Shown: in pieces, positions 7,942 through 12,651 of the stretch
Layout of the letters: each line of letters starts with the position of its first letter
Position numbering within the stretch: the first letter of the stretch is position 1
Assembly: GCA_051117555.1 (NCBI GenBank)
Contig: JBNPEG010000152.1
Location: 1 to 12,651, forward strand
Length of the DNA: 12,651 bases
Source of the DNA: Elainellaceae cyanobacterium
Lineage (GTDB): Bacteria; Cyanobacteriota; Cyanobacteriia; CAZCXK01
Direction of reading: 5' to 3'
The notes under the pieces: model-generated
Databases searched by the model: none
What the model was told of the DNA's origin: nothing
The model's input: the letters and a program-made list of their open reading frames with translations, nothing else
Program-made: the position numbers and the translations under genes

Positions 7942-8940
7942 TCACCAGCGACCCTTTCGATAACTCTGGGAAAGGGGTTTGGATACCCCGTCGGGTTTGA
8001 ACACTTTGTAGGCGATCACCAGAAACACGGGTACGACAACCAGCATTGATAGAGCTGTGTAGGTCGCGTGGAACTCGCTGACTGTGAATAGAGTCGGCGC
8101 GGTCACGGCGCTTCCGGTCACGTCGCTTCCGGCTACGCCCATCAAGAGATTGCCGCCGATGTTGTTCGCGAAGTGCACGCCGATGGCGAGTTCGGTGGTG
8201 CCGTCAATCAACGAAACCACGGTCCACACTAGCCCCGGAACGAGGAAGTAGTTGATGAAGACCGTGAGCCAACCGCCAGCGCTCGCCTCCGAGTTGAGCA
8301 GATGCGTTAGGGCGAAGATCACAGCTGGCACCAGCGCCAGAAAGACGCGGTTAGACCAAACAATACTCGCGCCCTGCACGATGTAGCCGCGAAAGAAAAG
8401 CTCCTCTGTGGTGGTCTGGATCGCAACGACAATCAGTGCGATGGGCACGAAGAGCGCGAACGTTGTGAGGTCAAGATTAAAAGAGAAGGTGTCGGGATAG
8501 AAGAAGTACTGTCCCAACCCAGCGATCAGCCAGACTGGCACGAACCACGCCACAAACCCATGACCGACACGCCGCCAGCTAATTTTTTCCCGCGCTGTGA
8601 CCAGTGTCCGGGGATGACGCTGGTGAATGAGGGTGACGGCGATCAGGATTCCCGCGAGGAAGAACAGAAAACTCGCCCTGAACGCAACGAAGCCCCCCAC
8701 GAGGCCGAGCGCAGCGTAATCCAGCCGATTGAACGCCGCAAGCGCCTCCTGACCGCCGAGCAAGAACGCGACGCGGGGGGTGGCGATGCCGTTGATGACC
8801 AGCCCCACAAAAAAGATGACGACTAATCCCAGAACATACCGCCACCACCGATGCTTACCCCACCGGGCAGCCTCCACGTAGGTAACTTTTTTCGCTTCTG
8901 CCGTGATTCGCTGCGCTCTTTCGGTGTTTTGCATCTCCAT
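7942..8940 (-). CDS. CPBP family intramembrane glutamic endopeptidase, about 332 aa
   Basis: QTTTEELFFRGY, FALTHLLN and AIGVHFANN motifs, many TM helices; start moved to ATG 8940 (AAGGAAACGGAG upstream), ATG 8934 also possible. Confidence 0.93.
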   Translation of the reverse strand: MEMQNTERAQRITAEAKKVTYVEAARWGKHRWWRYVLGLVVIFFVGLVINGIATPRVAFLLGGQEALAAFNRLDYAALGLVGGFVAFRASFLFFLAGILIAVTLIHQRHPRTLVTAREKISWRRVGHGFVAWFVPVWLIAGLGQYFFYPDTFSFNLDLTTFALFVPIALIVVAIQTTTEELFFRGYIVQGASIVWSNRVFLALVPAVIFALTHLLNSEASAGGWLTVFINYFLVPGLVWTVVSLIDGTTELAIGVHFANNIGGNLLMGVAGSDVTGSAVTAPTLFTVSEFHATYTALSMLVVVPVFLVIAYKVFKPDGVSKPLSQSYRKGRW

Positions 8941-9017
8941 CTCCGTTTCCTTCATGGGTAAGTTATGTAGTGCTTGGGTCGGGTTACTAATCACAGTTGT
9001 CGATAGTTTCAGGATTT

Positions 9018-9062
9018 AACGATGACTTGGATAGATCTGGTGGCACCAGATCCGGCATCGTT
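9018..9062. other. Nested inverted repeat (hairpin) upstream of the CPBP gene
   Basis: Inner arms GATCTGGT (9034-9041) / ACCAGATC (9045-9052); outer arms AACGATG (9018-9024) / CATCGTT (9056-9062). Confidence 0.55.
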
Positions 9063-9151
9063 GGACATGCGCTTACCCTTGGTCGAACCACAATCCAAGT
9101 GTCGACGGCCCCTATCAACGGAATTTTTGGGCTGTGTTTATATATTTTTGT

Positions 9152-9272
9152 ACAGATTGTCTTTGTCTTAGCTAACTTGAGTATGTGAGTTTTAACACTC
9201 AAGTTCTTTCAGATTCTTACGGTGATTTATTAGATTCCTATGGAGCTAGCGAATCTGTTTCGGTGTCATGCC
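9152..9272 (-). repeat. Copy 1 of the duplicated AraC 3' end plus downstream module
   Basis: Aligns with 12153-12274: 22-bp identical block ACAGATTGTCTTTGTCTTAGCT, identical TTCTTTCAGATTCTTACGGT, and the AraC stop region. Confidence 0.9.
9204..9243 (-). promoter_or_regulatory. Putative AraC-binding direct repeats just downstream of araC, facing the CPBP-hydrolase genes
   Basis: Minus strand CATAGGAATCTAATA / CGTAAGAATCTGAAA; GAATCT cores at 9237-9232 and 9216-9211, 21 bp apart, the half-site periodicity known for araI1/araI2. Function is inferred. Confidence 0.6.
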
Positions 9273-10133
9273 AGTGAGACGCTTAAACTGTTGCGTTAAA
9301 TGGCTTTGGCTAGAGAAACCGACTTGTAGAGCGATGTCTGCGATCGCTAAATCCGTTTTCATCAGCATCACTTTCGCTCGTTCTACCCGCTGTTGAATCA
9401 CGTATTGATGGGGCGAAATTCCCATTTCTTGCTTAAATAAGCTCGCAAAGTAAGTTGGGCTGATGTTCACTACACTTGCCAGTTCTGCCAAGGATAAATC
9501 TCGATTCAAGTAAGTGTGAATGTAATCAATCGCCTGCTGTAACTGGGTATGAGTAAAGCTGCTGTGGGGTGATGCGATCGATTGCGTTAGGGTCGAATAG
9601 TGTCGGAGTAGATGAATCACTAGGGCTTGAGTGAGTGATTCGATATAGAGTTGCCCCATCATCCCGCCCGATCGCAACTCAGCGAGCATCAGCATGCCAA
9701 TCTGATGCAGTTGCACATCCTGCTGACCGAAACCATGCACAAGCTCGAACCGTGTGGAATCAATGTCAGACGCTTCAGCAACGTGTTGAACCAATTCTGG
9801 CTTTAGGCAAATGTGCAGCGGAGTACAGATAACACCACTCTCATCTCGACACCAATAACTCGGTTGTCCAGCCGGGACAAAAAGATTGTCCCCTTCATGA
9901 AGGATTGATTCATGCAGGCGATCGTCCCGTTTCTGAATTAAAGGGGCAGGATTTCCGATGTGTAAGTTCAGCCAATGGTCTGAGAGGGCTGAGAGTTCCA
10001 CCTCAAACGCTGAAATAGGGCTTTGGCACTGCTCAACGAAAACGCCATTCCAGTTCATTTGCTGACTGGAGAACATCAGCGTTTTATTAAACTGTTGGCT
10101 GAGTTCAAGCGAGTTAAGCCGATTGCTAGTCAT
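9246..10133 (-). CDS. AraC family transcriptional regulator, about 295 aa
   Basis: C-terminal double HTH (LSLAELA...ISPTYFASLFKQEMGISPHQYV...IADIALQVGFSSQSHLTQQFKRLTGMTPKQIR); cupin-like N-terminal domain (SSQQMNWNG, FVPAGQPSYW). ATG 10133 preferred; GTG 10148 possible. Confidence 0.96.
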   Translation of the reverse strand: MTSNRLNSLELSQQFNKTLMFSSQQMNWNGVFVEQCQSPISAFEVELSALSDHWLNLHIGNPAPLIQKRDDRLHESILHEGDNLFVPAGQPSYWCRDESGVICTPLHICLKPELVQHVAEASDIDSTRFELVHGFGQQDVQLHQIGMLMLAELRSGGMMGQLYIESLTQALVIHLLRHYSTLTQSIASPHSSFTHTQLQQAIDYIHTYLNRDLSLAELASVVNISPTYFASLFKQEMGISPHQYVIQQRVERAKVMLMKTDLAIADIALQVGFSSQSHLTQQFKRLTGMTPKQIR

Positions 10134-10210
10134 GAAGTTTGCTCTCACGGATTGCTTTTACGTAGGACTCCAGGGATTGTAAGTGCCGATAGACTACGGT
10201 ATCGATTGAG

Positions 10211-11209
10211 TCAGAGCCGCGCGTCAGGGCGGAACGGGGTGCGCGCGGGGGTCAGAGCGGGGCCGGTTCGCCGCGTGCGCCACCACACCACTGCGGTGAT
10301 CACGACAACCGTAAGCGTGGGCACGAGCTGGTAGGGCGAACCCACACCTGCCGATCGATCCTGGAGCGCGGTGCCAAGGTCGACGCGCAAGAGGGTGGCC
10401 CCGATCAAAACGACCGTGTTGAGCACGGCGTGGAGCACGACCGCGATCTCGATGCCACCGCTGCGCCATGTTATTAGCGCCAACCCGGCTGCTAGAACGA
10501 AGTACCACACGATGATGTAAGGGTCGGTTGAACCGTGGATGGCTGTGAACACCACGCTCGAGACCAGAACACCGATAACCAGCCCCGCCCGCGACCCACG
10601 GGCCCAGCTCCCGGCGACCCGGAAGACCAGTCCGCGCACGCCATACTCCTCGCCCGCCGCCTGCAGCGGCGTCAGCAGGAGCGTTCCGATGAAGATGCCG
10701 ATTAGGTCCGTTTGCGACCAAGAACCCTGCTCACCGGGTGTGAAGAACGGGAGCAAGTTGACGACGATCCAGACGGGGCCGAAGAGCAGGAGCGCCCGGC
10801 CAAACACGTCGAACCGAAACCGCGACACCACCGAGTGCAGCGAGGGACCGGGCACACCGTAGAGCCATCGCTGGATGACCATGCTCCATGGAATGAGCAC
10901 AGCGAGCGAGAACATGGTGCTGGCGTGGTAGAGCGGCGTGTAGTCGGTGCCACCGAGGATCGGAGTGGTGTTGCCCATTTGCAGGTCGATGACTGCAGCG
11001 CCCCTAGAGATGACGTTGATGAAAACGACGGCCCCAGCCAGCAGGAGCACGATAGCGAAGATGCCGCGCCCGATGCGGTGTTTCTCGCCAGCGAGTACGC
11101 GATGGTATTCCACGCCGGCTGGGACTGGCGCCTGTCTCGCGGGCCGCTGCGAGGGCGTGGTGGGGATCTTTCCTGACTCCCGCGAATAGTTGAAAGAAAA
11201 TTTAGACAT
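10211..11209 (-). CDS. CPBP family intramembrane glutamic endopeptidase, about 332 aa, actinobacterial-like
   Basis: PLQAAGEEYGVRG, FTAIHGS and AVVLHAVLN motifs; ATG 11209 preceded by AAGGTGAT; GC-rich codon usage. Confidence 0.93.
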   Translation of the reverse strand: MSKFSFNYSRESGKIPTTPSQRPARQAPVPAGVEYHRVLAGEKHRIGRGIFAIVLLLAGAVVFINVISRGAAVIDLQMGNTTPILGGTDYTPLYHASTMFSLAVLIPWSMVIQRWLYGVPGPSLHSVVSRFRFDVFGRALLLFGPVWIVVNLLPFFTPGEQGSWSQTDLIGIFIGTLLLTPLQAAGEEYGVRGLVFRVAGSWARGSRAGLVIGVLVSSVVFTAIHGSTDPYIIVWYFVLAAGLALITWRSGGIEIAVVLHAVLNTVVLIGATLLRVDLGTALQDRSAGVGSPYQLVPTLTVVVITAVVWWRTRRTGPALTPARTPFRPDARL

Positions 11210-11257
11210 GAAGATCACCTTCTTTACTCTTGTTGCTGACTTCAGTTGTTAATGGGT

Positions 11258-11932
11258 TTAAGGATCTACGGGGTCCCCGACGACTCCACCAGTAGCGACG
11301 TACAAAGCGCGGACTATAAAATCTATGCGTTTGAGAGGGGTATCGATAGCGGCAGGAGCAGTGCCCGTCAAAGCAGCGGCACTGACGTCTTCGCTGATCA
11401 CTCGCAGCACTGATGTGGCCGCCGCTGCGTGCATCCGCACCTCAATATCGTCGGTTGAGCGTTGCAGACGATTCGCGATGACCGCAATAAACTCCCGCTC
11501 TCCTTGATCGCAAGCCATCAACCAAGCTGTGCGGATCGCTGGTTCCGTTTTGGCTAGCACGATCATCTGCCTAGCCGCCAGTAAATCGGCATTCTGCCCT
11601 TGAGGGCGCTTCGCTAGTTCCGCGACGTAGTGCTCCTCGAAAGAGCTCTGCCGGGGCCAGCAGCGTAACATCGACACAAACCATTCGACGCTCTGCTCCA
11701 GAATCGGCTCAGCACAGCTCTCCTTGTTGCGGAAGTACCGCCAGAGGGTGCGCACTGAGAGACCTACCGCTTCTGCGATTTGCTCGCCGGTCGTGGCAGC
11801 GACGCCTTGCTCCCAGAACAAACGCGCCGCCTCCCGCGAAATCTCCAGACGTATCCGCTGCTGCCGCTGCTCACTCATCCTCCCTGGCTTGCGCCTGTTC
11901 TTCGTCATACCGTTGGCACCGTCACTCCCCAC
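11258..11932 (-). CDS. TetR/AcrR family transcriptional regulator
   Basis: N-terminal HTH ISREAARLFWEQGVAATTGEQIAEAVGLSVRTLWRYFRNKE. Start uncertain: GTG 11932 or ATG 11908. Confidence 0.95.
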   Translation of the reverse strand: MGSDGANGMTKNRRKPGRMSEQRQQRIRLEISREAARLFWEQGVAATTGEQIAEAVGLSVRTLWRYFRNKESCAEPILEQSVEWFVSMLRCWPRQSSFEEHYVAELAKRPQGQNADLLAARQMIVLAKTEPAIRTAWLMACDQGEREFIAVIANRLQRSTDDIEVRMHAAAATSVLRVISEDVSAAALTGTAPAAIDTPLKRIDFIVRALYVATGGVVGDPVDP

Positions 11933-11952
11933 GACCGTCTTCTTTCAAAGTC

Positions 11953-11996
11953 TGTCACTAAGTGACACAATAGCGCTAAATGTCACCAAGTGACAA
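11953..11996 (-). promoter_or_regulatory. Two palindromic TetR-type operators overlapping a predicted sigma70-type promoter of tetR
   Basis: TGTCACTAAGTGACA (11953-11967) and TGTCACCAAGTGACA (11981-11995); minus-strand TTGTCA (11996-11991) - 18 nt - TATTGT (11972-11967). Confidence 0.8.
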
Positions 11997-12152
11997 GAAG
12001 TTGCTTTGCCAACTAGCACGTCTCATCTAGGCCAATAGCTATTCAGGCTTTGGAACGACCGATAAGGGAATGACATTTGAAAGCCCCCGTCATAGTCGGC
12101 AGGGGTGAGGGCACTACTGCCGAATGCCACTATATTCGGGACTGCTTTCTGG

Positions 12153-12274
12153 ACAGATTGTCTTTGTCTTAGCTCACTTGGGGGTAGCGCGTTCCAACGC
12201 TCAACTTCTTTCAGATTCTTACGGTTAGTTATCAGATTCTTCTGGGGCTAACGAATCTGTCTGGGAGTCGCGCC
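12153..12274 (-). repeat. Copy 2 of the AraC 3' end plus downstream module
   Basis: Degenerate copy of 9152-9272; GAATCT cores at 12239-12234 and 12218-12213, again 21 bp apart and at the same distance from the TAG. Confidence 0.9.
12248..12274 (-). pseudogene. Remnant of an AraC-family gene (last 8 codons plus stop)
   Basis: GGC GCG ACT CCC AGA CAG ATT CGT TAG = GATPRQIR*, versus GMTPKQIR* in the intact AraC; similarity ends upstream of ~12274 and the frame hits a stop at 12313-12311. Confidence 0.8.
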
Positions 12275-12369
12275 CCTAACAAAACCTGTAAACCCTGACG
12301 AGCCAGCAATCTAGCAGTTGCTTTACCAATACCGTTGCTAGCTCCAGTAATCGCAATAACTTTGTTTTG
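12268..12369 (-). pseudogene. N-terminal fragment of a short-chain dehydrogenase/reductase (SDR)
   Basis: Manual translation [34 protein letters not shown] contains the classical TGxxxGIG Rossmann motif; no nearby in-frame ATG, and the frame runs into AraC-derived sequence and stops 11 codons later. Confidence 0.88.
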
Positions 12370-12371
12370 AC

Positions 12372-12651
12372 CTACGGAATAATGCCATCTTTTTGTAATT
12401 GCTTCTGGAGCGTTTTCGGCAGGCTTTTAATGTTGCAATGCCTCGGAGAACTACCCTCATAGCGCCAGGACTGAATTTCTCCAGAGCGATCAAATTCGAC
12501 ATCAATCTCACAGAAATCACGATCGACAACCGTGTTGCCTCCGCTAATTATCGTAGTTGTATCGCCCTGATCGTTCTCAAACTCATTCACAGTGGTTGGC
12601 TGATTAAACTCCCGTTCTCGATCCGTTCTGTAAGAATAGATTGTGTTTCCA
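12372..12651 (-). CDS. Hypothetical protein, C-terminal part (5' end outside the window)
   Basis: The frame of the track ORF 12372..12590 stays open to the window edge ([24 protein letters not shown]...[27 protein letters not shown]...). The Cys pair and beta-hairpin pattern suggest an exported protein. Confidence 0.7.
   Translation of the reverse strand, partial: GNTIYSYRTDREREFNQPTTVNEFENDQGDTTTIISGGNTVVDRDFCEIDVEFDRSGEIQSWRYEGSSPRHCNIKSLPKTLQKQLQKDGIIP

Larger units (their letters stand above)
641..9347. repeat. Dispersed HIP1 octamers (GCGATCGC), 8 copies
   Basis: Seen at 641, 1971, 3073, 3624, 5611, 5860, 7855 and 9340. HIP1 enrichment is an established cyanobacterial signature. Confidence 0.85.

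Noticed and set aside
8987..9202. 71-aa minus ORF and 63-aa plus ORF in the araC-CPBP spacer as real genes or a bacteriocin precursor
   Set aside because: They begin or end within the duplicated regulatory module, lack an RBS, and show no double-glycine or other RiPP leader motif.
10023..11993. Multiple short overlapping ORFs across the CPBP and tetR genes
   Set aside because: Alternative-frame or antisense shadows of well-supported genes.
12338..12529. 63-aa minus ORF
   Set aside because: Out-of-frame overlap with the rightmost CDS and the SDR fragment; no supporting features.

Overview
Window from a cyanobacterial genome (eight HIP1 GCGATCGC octamers, a DUF1400-type hydrolase, a cyanobacterial-type AraC). 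All credible genes lie on the minus strand. The left ~3.5 kb is lower-GC: a partial DUF1400 alpha/beta hydrolase and four small hypothetical genes. From ~3.5 to ~12.0 kb is a mosaic, mostly GC-rich proteolysis cluster, in transcription order: TetR, CPBP protease, AraC, CPBP protease, TAP-like (S33) lipoprotein peptidase, CPBP protease, CocE/NonD (S15-like) exported hydrolase. Most notable: (1) three genes of different families share a homologous N-terminal leader (MSQISSNSSR / MSQFSSNSSR / MSKFSFNYSR), extending ~45 aa in the two hydrolases; (2) a ~120-bp AraC-tail plus downstream regulatory module occurs twice, each with 21-bp-spaced GAATCT direct repeats, and the second copy is a deletion scar fused to a short-chain dehydrogenase N-terminal fragment absent from the ORF track; (3) twin TGTCAC-N3-GTGACA operators overlap the predicted tetR promoter. 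Family assignments come from motif recognition only; no database searches were run.
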